Made by a program: the position numbers and the translations under genes. Below, in pieces: positions 16,767-24,000 of a stretch of DNA of 24,000 nt. This DNA comes from Burkholderiaceae bacterium (GTDB lineage: Bacteria; Pseudomonadota; Gammaproteobacteria; Burkholderiales; Burkholderiaceae): NCBI GenBank assembly GCA_018261955.1, contig JAGTRK010000005.1:75748-99747 (forward strand), written 5' to 3'. The notes below the pieces were generated by a model. The model searched no databases. It was not told the DNA's origin and was given only the letters and a program-made list of their open reading frames with translations. Every line of letters begins with the position of its first letter. Position 1 is the first letter of the stretch.

Positions 16767-17399
16767 TTAATTAGAAATGGCGTGGTGTATGTGCTTGATC
16801 CAGCCATCAAAAAGTTGTCGTTCAATCGGCATCAGTGAGTCGATGTGCTCATGCCAATTTGAATCAAAGGCTTGCAATTGCTCGCTCATATTGTTCAAAT
16901 GACCTTCTTCCTCCTTTATAATTGAGCGCACGTGTACACGCGAACCTGCGCGCGTGAGGGCATCTTGATAGGTGTGATACAGTTTCATCGCACGCACTTC
17001 AATTAGGTAAGTCACCAATAAGTAGCATCCGTGCTTGAGCATTCGTCCTGTGTAGCCCAAGGATTTTAGATGGCGTGAACATGCCCAATCCAAACGATGC
17101 AAATAACGATAACTCACACGTGGCGCGAGTAGGTTGTTTGGACTGTAATCGGTGAGGTTTTGTCCCAGTTTTAAAATTTGTCGTTTGAGGTAGTAGGCAT
17201 GACGCATTTCCTCTGCGGCGTGTTGCAAGGTGATTTGGTCAACGTGTATCGGATCAACGTAGGCGGCAATTTTACGTGCGCCAACCGACTCCATCATGGA
17301 TAAGCTGTTGAGCAACAGCGCGTGCTGCTTGTCATCCGCTATCAGTGAAGGCAGTAGTTTCGCCAGTTGTGGACAATGGGTTTCAAATTTTGGGTTCAT
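16767..17399 (-). CDS. Ferritin-like diiron-carboxylate protein of unknown function embedded in the bio operon
   Basis: 210 aa from ATG 17399 (AGGAAAG SD). Ligand set E37, E64-x-x-H67 ([10 protein letters not shown]), E134 (YLIEVRAM) and E164-x-x-H167 (KEEEGHL) on four predicted helices. The gap from the bioA stop is 22 nt, and 16 nt separate its stop from the bioB start. Confidence 0.7.
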   Translation of the reverse strand: MNPKFETHCPQLAKLLPSLIADDKQHALLLNSLSMMESVGARKIAAYVDPIHVDQITLQHAAEEMRHAYYLKRQILKLGQNLTDYSPNNLLAPRVSYRYLHRLDWACSRHLKSLGYTGRMLKHGCYLLVTYLIEVRAMKLYHTYQDALTRAGSRVHVRSIIKEEEGHLNNMSEQLQAFDSNWHEHIDSLMPIERQLFDGWIKHIHHAISN

Positions 17400-17421
17400 A
17401 AACTTTCCTAAATATGCTAAA

Positions 17422-18726
17422 TCAAACAATCGCCAAATCAGCACGGCTGTCGGTACTGAGAAAATTCAATATGGTTTCGTAAATTAAATGCAGTTGTTCA
17501 TCCGTGATGCAGTAGGGCGGTATGAGGTACAGCACATTGCCAATGGGGCGCAGCAAAATACCGCGATTTAAAAAATAATGATAAATTTGGTCGCGCTCGG
17601 ACGACAGATAATGATTGCCATCCACAGTTTTGATGGTCACCGCCAATATCGTGCCGCAGGTGCGCACATGCTGCACACGCGGGTGGTGTGCGATGGTGCT
17701 GGCAAATTTCGCATGTTCGGCAGCAATGTGTTGGCGGGCTTGTGTGCACTTATTGGTTAGCAATACATCCAAACTCGCCAACGCTGCCGCGCAAGCGAGC
17801 GGATTGGCGGTGTATGAGTGTCCGTGATAAAACGCATGGTGTACATCGTCGCTGTAAAACGCGTCATAAAGCACTTGGCTGCACAGTGTGACTGCCAGCG
17901 GCAACGTACCGCCCGTTAAACCTTTGGACAGGCACATCATGTCGGGCTGCGCACTGAGTTGCTCACAGGCAAACAATGTCCCCGTGCGCCCAAAGCCCGT
18001 CATCACTTCATCGACTATCACATATGCGCCTGCTGATTGGGTTGCGTGGAACAGTTGCGAGAGTACGCCAGCGTCGTGCATCTGCATACCTGCCGCGCCT
18101 TGCACCAGAGGCTCTACCATCAGCGCGGCCACGTCACCTGTATCCAAAACAGCGCGCAAAGCGTTGAGACTGGCACTGGCATTGTCAAGCGTTGGCACGG
18201 GTATGGTCGCCACGGTAAACAACTTGTCATCAAACGGTGCGGTGAACAGGCCGCGCCCGCTGGTCGCCATGGCACCAAAGGTATCACCGTGATAACTGCC
18301 CTCTAAAACCACGATGGTGCTGCGTGGCGCACCGCGGTTGTGAAAGGCTTGCAGTGCCATTTTGACCGCGATTTCAGTCGCGCAGGAGCCATTGTCGGAG
18401 TAAAAAACTTTGCGCATATTCGCAGGACTAATTTCGAGTAAACGCTCTGCCAAACGCACCGCTGGCTCATGGGTCAGTCCTGCAAACATGCAGTGTGCCA
18501 AATTTTGCGCCTGTGTAAAAATCGCTTGCGCAATCGCTGGATGCGAATGTCCATGCAGGTTGACCCACCACGAAGAGACCGCGTCGATATAGGCTTTACC
18601 CTGCTCGTCGTACAAATACACACCTTCACCACGCACGATGCCAAGTGCGCTTGGGCGCAGTTTCATCGGAGTGTAGGGATGCCAAATGATTTGGCTATCG
18701 CGCTCAGAAATTGAAGGTTTATTCAT
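17422..18726 (-). CDS. bioA: Adenosylmethionine-8-amino-7-oxononanoate aminotransferase
   Basis: 434 aa from ATG 18726 (MNKPSISERDSQIIWHPYT). The track start at 18921 runs through bioD. Class III aminotransferase motifs and DEVMTGFGRTG. The start overlaps the bioD stop by 8 nt. Confidence 0.93.
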   Translation of the reverse strand: MNKPSISERDSQIIWHPYTPMKLRPSALGIVRGEGVYLYDEQGKAYIDAVSSWWVNLHGHSHPAIAQAIFTQAQNLAHCMFAGLTHEPAVRLAERLLEISPANMRKVFYSDNGSCATEIAVKMALQAFHNRGAPRSTIVVLEGSYHGDTFGAMATSGRGLFTAPFDDKLFTVATIPVPTLDNASASLNALRAVLDTGDVAALMVEPLVQGAAGMQMHDAGVLSQLFHATQSAGAYVIVDEVMTGFGRTGTLFACEQLSAQPDMMCLSKGLTGGTLPLAVTLCSQVLYDAFYSDDVHHAFYHGHSYTANPLACAAALASLDVLLTNKCTQARQHIAAEHAKFASTIAHHPRVQHVRTCGTILAVTIKTVDGNHYLSSERDQIYHYFLNRGILLRPIGNVLYLIPPYCITDEQLHLIYETILNFLSTDSRADLAIV

Positions 18727-19375
18727 GTGTCGTCTTCCACGGGATAAGTGCGGCTGGTAGCTTGTGTGCCAATCGTTTGGCTTGTATTTGAATGCTGTCG
18801 CGTGAGATGTGGGGCAATTCATCAATGCGCGCCAATATGGGCACACAGGCATACTCGCTGATGAATTGTTCGGAGTCGGTGTTGGGCTCGCCATTGACCA
18901 GCAGTCCAAGCAGATGCACACCGCGAATGTTCAGAGCGTCAATCGCTGAGAGCGTGTGTGAAATACTGCCGAGGTAGTGACGCACCACCAACAGCGTTGG
19001 CAGGGCAAAATGCGCCAATACATCGGCCACTGTATGTTGCTGCGTCATCGGCGAGCACACACCACCTGCGGTTTCGATGAGCAGTGGGCGCGTGGTTTGC
19101 GGCGGCGTGAAATCGTTTAATGCAAGCACAGTATGTTCGGCACGAGCCGCAGCATGGGGCGATGCCGCTTGTTCAAGGCGATGCGCTTCAGGGTGCAGGC
19201 ACACATCGGTGCGTGTGATGAGTGCGCGCACGCGCAGGCTGTCTGAATGCGTCAATTTACCTGCTTGAATCGGTTTCCAATAATCACAGCCCAAAGCCTG
19301 AACCATGACCGCTGAACAAATGGTTTTGCCGATGTCTGTGTGTATGCCTGTGAGTGCGAGCGTGCGTGTGTTCAT
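18719..19375 (-). CDS. bioD: Dethiobiotin synthetase
   Basis: 218 aa from ATG 19375 (MNTRTLALTGIHTDIGKT P-loop). The start overlaps the bioF stop (TAATG). Confidence 0.85.
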   Translation of the reverse strand: MNTRTLALTGIHTDIGKTICSAVMVQALGCDYWKPIQAGKLTHSDSLRVRALITRTDVCLHPEAHRLEQAASPHAAARAEHTVLALNDFTPPQTTRPLLIETAGGVCSPMTQQHTVADVLAHFALPTLLVVRHYLGSISHTLSAIDALNIRGVHLLGLLVNGEPNTDSEQFISEYACVPILARIDELPHISRDSIQIQAKRLAHKLPAALIPWKTTHE

Positions 19376-20556
19376 TATGTTCGTACCGCCTCCCACAAAG
19401 TGTGAGACAGTAAGCGTATTTCGTCATGCGTGTTGAATGCGTGCAGACAGATGCGCAAGCGTTCTGTGCCCGCAGGCACGGTTGGGGCAAAAATGGGGCG
19501 CACGTCCAATTGCGCGGCGTGCAGTTGTTTGACCACTTCATGCGTTCGCGTCACATCGCCAATTACCAAACCTTGAATCGGTGTGCTGCTCTGAAGCCAT
19601 TGCACTCGGTATTTGTGCCACGGGTATTGTGCGACGAGTTGGGTAAAATATGTGATGCGCTCGCGCAATTGCGCTTGTGCATATCTGTCGGTTTGTAAAC
19701 GCGCGTATGCTTGGGCTATGGTGGCGTAACTCCAAGGTGGTAGGGCAGTGCTGTAGATAAACGGGCGTGCAAAATTGATGAGTAAATCAATCAACACTTG
19801 AGAGCCGACCACCACCGCACCATGACAGCCCATGGCTTTGCCAAAGGTGTGGATACGTACCGCGACATTGGGGTGTAAGGCTTGTGTCAAACCTTCACCC
19901 TGCGCGCCGATGATGCCCGTTGCGTGTGCCTCGTCAATTACAATGAGTGCGTCACACGTCTGAGCCAATGTCACGATATCTGCCAATGGCGCGATATCAC
20001 CGTCCATTGAATACACCGATTCCAAAACGATGACGGTGTTTTTGCCAGAAAATTGCTCAAGTAATTGAGCCAAATGTGCGCAATTGTTGTGCTGAAATTT
20101 ATAAATTGCACGGCTCATGGACAGACGCATACCGTCGATTAAACTGGCGTGACACAATTCATCGTGTAAAAAAACCGTGTGTCGATCTCCAATCGACGCG
20201 AGTACGCCCAAGTTTGCATCAAACCCCGAATTAAATATCAAGGCGGCTTCAGTTTGATGAAATTGTGCAATGGCTGATTCAAGCGCGCTGATGGTGTTGG
20301 ATTGTCCAGACAATAAACGCGAGCCTGTCGCGCCATGTGCATCACCAAACTGTTGTGCCAGTATAAAAAATACATTGTCGCTGCGGTGGATGGGCGGGCT
20401 CGAGCGCGCCCAGCCCAAGTAATCATTGGAGACAAAGTCAATCGCCAAGGGCGTGCGCAAGCGGCGTTTTTGCTGTGCTTGTTCGCGCTGGTCTAAACGC
20501 TCTTGCCACTGCTGTTCCAGTGTGTAAATGGGGTTGGGTAGGTGTGAGGTATCCAT
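19375..20556 (-). CDS. bioF: 8-amino-7-oxononanoate synthase
   Basis: 393 aa. Alpha-oxoamine synthase motifs: GATGSRLLSG, VIDEAHATG and the PLP lysine in HTFGKAMG. Confidence 0.9.
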   Translation of the reverse strand: MDTSHLPNPIYTLEQQWQERLDQREQAQQKRRLRTPLAIDFVSNDYLGWARSSPPIHRSDNVFFILAQQFGDAHGATGSRLLSGQSNTISALESAIAQFHQTEAALIFNSGFDANLGVLASIGDRHTVFLHDELCHASLIDGMRLSMSRAIYKFQHNNCAHLAQLLEQFSGKNTVIVLESVYSMDGDIAPLADIVTLAQTCDALIVIDEAHATGIIGAQGEGLTQALHPNVAVRIHTFGKAMGCHGAVVVGSQVLIDLLINFARPFIYSTALPPWSYATIAQAYARLQTDRYAQAQLRERITYFTQLVAQYPWHKYRVQWLQSSTPIQGLVIGDVTRTHEVVKQLHAAQLDVRPIFAPTVPAGTERLRICLHAFNTHDEIRLLSHTLWEAVRT

Positions 20557-20652
20557 CGGCGCATTATTAACAACTGCGGATGGAAATGCACTTTTTTTGT
20601 CAAGTTTGAGAGGGCGAAAAAATAATTGGCGTTAATTTGTGCTTAATTTCGT

Positions 20653-22068
20653 TTAATTGTTGTTAAAAATTTTATGCGGGTTCATGAGGTTGTTTGGATC
20701 CAAGGTTTTTTTGATGGCGTGCATGGTTTTCAGTTCAACCTTTGACTTGATGGTCGGCATGAGGTCGCGCTTGAGCAAACCAATGCCATGCTCGGCGGAA
20801 ATACTGCCGTTGAATGCTTGGACGTGTTCATACACGATTTGATTGATGGTCGATTCGTGTGCCATGAGTGCATCAGCGTTGGCAAACGCTGTGCCCATGC
20901 TGACGTTGTAATGCACATTGCCGTCGCCCATGTGTCCGAACACCACGGTTTGAATGCCGTGGTATTTTTGTGCCAATGCCACATTGGTTTGCTCGATGAA
21001 CTGAGCAATCGCAGAAATCGGCACGCTGACATCGTGTTTGATATTTTTACCTTGGGCTTTTTGTGCTGCCGAAATCTGCTCGCGCATGCGCCAAAATTGC
21101 TCGGCTTGCGATAGGTTTTCAGCGATGAGGGTGTTTTGCACGGTCTGCGTTGCCATCAAATCTACCAAAGTCGTGTGCAGGGTTTCATCTGCGGCGAGTG
21201 TGGGCTGCGAGATTTCAATTAAAGCAGTGTACATCGGTGCCGATTGCCACGGATGAACGCAATTTAAATGGCTGCAGACCAAACTCAACGCATACGGCGC
21301 AATCATTTCAAACGCGGTCAAGCGCGCGTCTAAGTTTTGGCGCAATGTGGTAAACGCAGTCAAAATAGAGTGCAAATCATTGCAGGCGATGAGCGCGACT
21401 TGGCGTGTCGCAGGCATCGGATACAGTTTAAGCACCGCTTGCGTGATGATGCCGAGTGTGCCTTCTGCGCCGATAAACAAATGTTTTAAATCGTAACCCG
21501 TATTGTTTTTGCGCAAGGTATTGAGCGCGGAGAGAACCTGTCCATCGGCCAAAACCACTTCCAATCCCAAACATAAATCGCGCATAGTGCCATAACACAA
21601 AACTTGCGTACCACCTGCGTTGGTGGCGAGGTTGCCGCCGATGGTCGCAGAGTCCTCAGATGCCAAAGACAAGGGAAACAATAAATTTTGCGCGCGCGCT
21701 GCCGCTTGCACCTGCGCCAGTGTCGCGCCTGCTTGTACGGTCATGGTTTGATTGAGCGCATCGATGCTGATAATTTGGCTCAATCGGTTGAGATTCAGGA
21801 TGATGCTGGGGGTGTTTTCTAAAACCGCGCATCCACCGACCAGACCCGTGTTGCCGCCCTGAGCGATGATGGCAACGCCATGCTTGCCGCACAGTTGCAC
21901 AATCGTACTGATCTGTGCCACAGAATCAGGCAACACCACCGCCAAAGGCGCGTGGTGGTAACGATTGCGCTCATCGGTGTGAAACCCAGTCGCATCTGCG
22001 CCCATGCGCACATAGGGTGCGCCGATAAGGGCGCGTAGAGCGGTCAAGAATGGAGTGAATGTACTCAT
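20653..22068 (-). CDS. FAD-linked oxidase, GlcD family (D-lactate / D-2-hydroxyacid dehydrogenase-like)
   Basis: 471 aa. N-terminal FAD-binding PCMH-type region (IIAQGGNTGLVGG) and C-terminal SAEHGIGLLK motif. Confidence 0.85.
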   Translation of the reverse strand: MSTFTPFLTALRALIGAPYVRMGADATGFHTDERNRYHHAPLAVVLPDSVAQISTIVQLCGKHGVAIIAQGGNTGLVGGCAVLENTPSIILNLNRLSQIISIDALNQTMTVQAGATLAQVQAAARAQNLLFPLSLASEDSATIGGNLATNAGGTQVLCYGTMRDLCLGLEVVLADGQVLSALNTLRKNNTGYDLKHLFIGAEGTLGIITQAVLKLYPMPATRQVALIACNDLHSILTAFTTLRQNLDARLTAFEMIAPYALSLVCSHLNCVHPWQSAPMYTALIEISQPTLAADETLHTTLVDLMATQTVQNTLIAENLSQAEQFWRMREQISAAQKAQGKNIKHDVSVPISAIAQFIEQTNVALAQKYHGIQTVVFGHMGDGNVHYNVSMGTAFANADALMAHESTINQIVYEHVQAFNGSISAEHGIGLLKRDLMPTIKSKVELKTMHAIKKTLDPNNLMNPHKIFNNN

Positions 22069-22679
22069 TTGATATATGAATGTTGGTCTTGCGCGGCTTT
22101 CGCTCGCCCATTTTGAATCAGTCGCACCACCAGTACAAGATTAAAGACAACAAACCCGATACGAATGAGCCAAACGATTTGATGAAAAACGGTTGACTCC
22201 GTGCCGTCAGGGGTGTAAACAAACGACATGCCGACCAACACCAATAAAATCGCGTATAGATACATGCCCAATTGCGTCCAGCCTTTCGGGCGTGGTTTGC
22301 GTTCGCGTGCCACGGCATTGGCAGTGCGCAGGGCGCGGGCGACTTTGTTCGCCCATACAAATATAATGAGCGAGAGCACGATTTCGCCCCACGCATACGC
22401 ACGGCTGGCAAAGTTGATATCGGAAAAAGCACGCACGCAGCCTTCGGTGAAATACAGCAATATCAATAAAGTTAAAATTTGAAAGGCGCGTCGCTCCACG
22501 CGCCACAAGCGTGGCACCAAAGGTAGGAGCAATACGCCTTTAATAGCCAACCACGGAAAACCCTCGCTCAATGGATGTATCGGCGCACCGATGCTTTCCC
22601 AAACCACGCACAGCAGGATGAGGGCGATGACGGTGAGGGCGCAGATTTTAGCGAGTTTGGACGTGGCGTGTGTATTCAT
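22065..22679 (-). CDS. Polytopic inner-membrane protein (possibly DUF2069-like N-terminal half)
   Basis: 204 aa from ATG 22679; the track start at 22688 is a TTG. About 6 hydrophobic helices. The stop overlaps the glcD-like start (ATGA). The family assignment is from memory and tentative. Confidence 0.55.
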   Translation of the reverse strand: MNTHATSKLAKICALTVIALILLCVVWESIGAPIHPLSEGFPWLAIKGVLLLPLVPRLWRVERRAFQILTLLILLYFTEGCVRAFSDINFASRAYAWGEIVLSLIIFVWANKVARALRTANAVARERKPRPKGWTQLGMYLYAILLVLVGMSFVYTPDGTESTVFHQIVWLIRIGFVVFNLVLVVRLIQNGRAKAAQDQHSYIK

Positions 22680-22774
22680 TAATCTCAATATTCAGTTGTT
22701 CAGATGCGTATTGTGCGCGTAGATGCGTTATTATAGCGGGGTCGCCCATTTTGGTGCGTTTTAGTTGATTCATC

Positions 22775-24000
22775 ATGCAAAAAACCATATACCAGTTATT
22801 TCAATTTTTAAAAACCGTTCGCGCGGCCATCGTTTTTCTGTGGCATCGGATGGTGGCTTTGCGTTTGCCGCAAGTGGCAGGTAGTCTGAGTTATACCACG
22901 GTGCTGTCGATGGTGCCGTTGTTGGTGATTGTGTTGTCTATTTTGACCGTATTGCCACAGTTTCAGGGGTTTCAAAAAGAGATTCAGGATTTTATGACTG
23001 AGAATCTGATGCCCGCAAAGATGAGTAAAACGGTGATGCAACAAATCACGATTTTTACACAACGCAGTGCGGGGCTGTCTTTGATTGGTGGCGCGTTTTT
23101 GATTTTTTCGTCTTTGACTACAATGGCAATTATTGACCGCGCGTTTGATGATATTTGGCAAGTTAAAAAACGTGTCTCGTTCCGTGCGAATGTCGCGATT
23201 TATTGGGCGGTTTTAACCTTGGGCCCTTTTGTATTTGGTGGGGCTTTGTTATTGATCAATTGGTTGGTACACAGTCTGAAAGCCTTTGTGTTTTTAAGCT
23301 CTTTTTTGGGTGTGGTTCTACCATTTATTTTGTCAACCGTGACATTTGCCGCGCTGTATGTGTTTGTCCCCAATCGTCGGGTGCATTGGAATGATGCGTT
23401 GGTAGGCGGTGCGATTGCGGCGATTATTTTCTCAATCCTCACCCATTCCTTTTCGGCGGTGTTTAAATCGTTTTCGGGTTATGCGGTGCTGTATGGCGCA
23501 TTTAGTATTATCCCTGCGTTTTTCTTGTGGTTGTATGTGTTTTGGTGGGGCGTGTTGTTCGGTGCAGGCATTACCGCGAATTTGCCCATACTTAAATACG
23601 AGCGTTGGCGCAAAGAAACCCGTGTGGGTTATCGTTTGTCCGAAGCCTTGATGGTGCTGTATCAATTGTATTTGATGCGAAAATCCCCAGCGCGCATGAT
23701 GGCTTGGGATGCGTTGCAAGCAAAAATGAAGATGAACAGCGAGGAGTTGGGCTTTATCATTGAACATTTGCAAAAATTTAATTGGATTGCAAAAGTTCAA
23801 CGCGCCGATGGTGGTTACGGTTGGGCTCTAATTGCTGATACGGATGAGGTGAGTTTGGCGGATGTGTACGATGCGTTTGTGTTTGATACGCGCTATTATT
23901 CCGACCAAGCGATGCAGCATAATTTACCGTGGGCGAAATACTTAGCACAATTGCAGAATACGCCTGCGCATGATGTGCGTTTGAGTGAACTTTTTAGTGC
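22775..24000 (+). CDS. yihY: YihY/BrkB (UPF0761) family inner-membrane protein, 3'-truncated by the window end
   Basis: This gene is not in the supplied track because it has no stop in the window. My manual translation from ATG 22775 stays open for 408 codons: MQKTIYQLFQFLK...LPQVAGSLSYTTVLSMVPLLVI...GAFLIFSSLTTMAIIDRAFDDIW..., the characteristic YihY N-terminus and TM pattern. It ends in a soluble C-terminal extension. Confidence 0.8.
   Translation, partial: MQKTIYQLFQFLKTVRAAIVFLWHRMVALRLPQVAGSLSYTTVLSMVPLLVIVLSILTVLPQFQGFQKEIQDFMTENLMPAKMSKTVMQQITIFTQRSAGLSLIGGAFLIFSSLTTMAIIDRAFDDIWQVKKRVSFRANVAIYWAVLTLGPFVFGGALLLINWLVHSLKAFVFLSSFLGVVLPFILSTVTFAALYVFVPNRRVHWNDALVGGAIAAIIFSILTHSFSAVFKSFSGYAVLYGAFSIIPAFFLWLYVFWWGVLFGAGITANLPILKYERWRKETRVGYRLSEALMVLYQLYLMRKSPARMMAWDALQAKMKMNSEELGFIIEHLQKFNWIAKVQRADGGYGWALIADTDEVSLADVYDAFVFDTRYYSDQAMQHNLPWAKYLAQLQNTPAHDVRLSELFS

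Noticed and set aside
16751-16825. N-terminal extensions given by the track for bioB (to 16825), bioA (to 18921), bioD (to 19396), glbO (from 9175), ppsA (from 2714) and the membrane protein (to 22688).
   Set aside because: The extensions overlap upstream genes or begin at non-ATG codons. Internal ATGs with SD sequences give N-termini that match the respective families.
20567-20666. Inverted repeat TTAACAAC (20567-20574) / GTTGTTAA (20659-20666) flanking the bioF leader, considered as a possible bio operator.
   Set aside because: The arms are about 85 bp apart and the right arm lies inside the glcD-like coding sequence (the FNNN C-terminus). This is not the compact palindrome expected of a BirA operator.
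22689-22774. Near-repeat AGATGCGTATT / AGATGCGTTATT in the divergent spacer between the membrane-protein gene and yihY.
   Set aside because: It is short, imperfect and unsupported by any symmetry or known motif, so it does not merit a regulatory call.

Overview
This is a roughly 50% GC proteobacterial chromosomal segment; the gene content looks beta/gamma-proteobacterial, and no finer assignment is possible from sequence alone. Most of it is housekeeping: serB, ppsR and divergent ppsA, prmC, a family III CoA-transferase, a group II truncated haemoglobin overlapping rmuC, an ARO8-type aminotransferase, ligA, an MTA/MTI phosphorylase, a bioF-bioD-bioA-X-bioB operon, a GlcD-like FAD oxidase, and two membrane proteins. 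The last of these is a YihY-family gene that runs off the window and is therefore missing from the ORF track.

Two things stand out.

(1) Positions 6831-8156 have the exact architecture of two integron gene cassettes. Each is one promoterless + strand ORF followed by an attC-like imperfect palindrome (RYYYAAC ... GTTRRRY). In both cases the first six bases of the cassette are the perfect complement of that cassette's own attC R'' box, as expected for G|TT crossover products. No integron integrase lies in the window, so this is a CALIN-like situation. The insertion sits between a degenerate, HUH-less Y1-transposase-like gene and the CoA-transferase gene. Cassette 2 encodes a 300-aa protein with an N-terminal zinc-ribbon HNH nuclease motif and about 230 aa that I cannot assign. 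It is a candidate single-gene anti-phage or abortive-infection nuclease. Cassette 1 encodes a 112-aa orphan protein.

(2) A 210-aa protein with a complete E/ExxH/E/ExxH diiron-carboxylate ligand set is tightly embedded between bioA and bioB. The operon shows no bioC/bioH-type pimelate genes in the window. This suggests an unrecognised oxidative step or accessory function in biotin synthesis.

No tRNA, rRNA or CRISPR array was seen.
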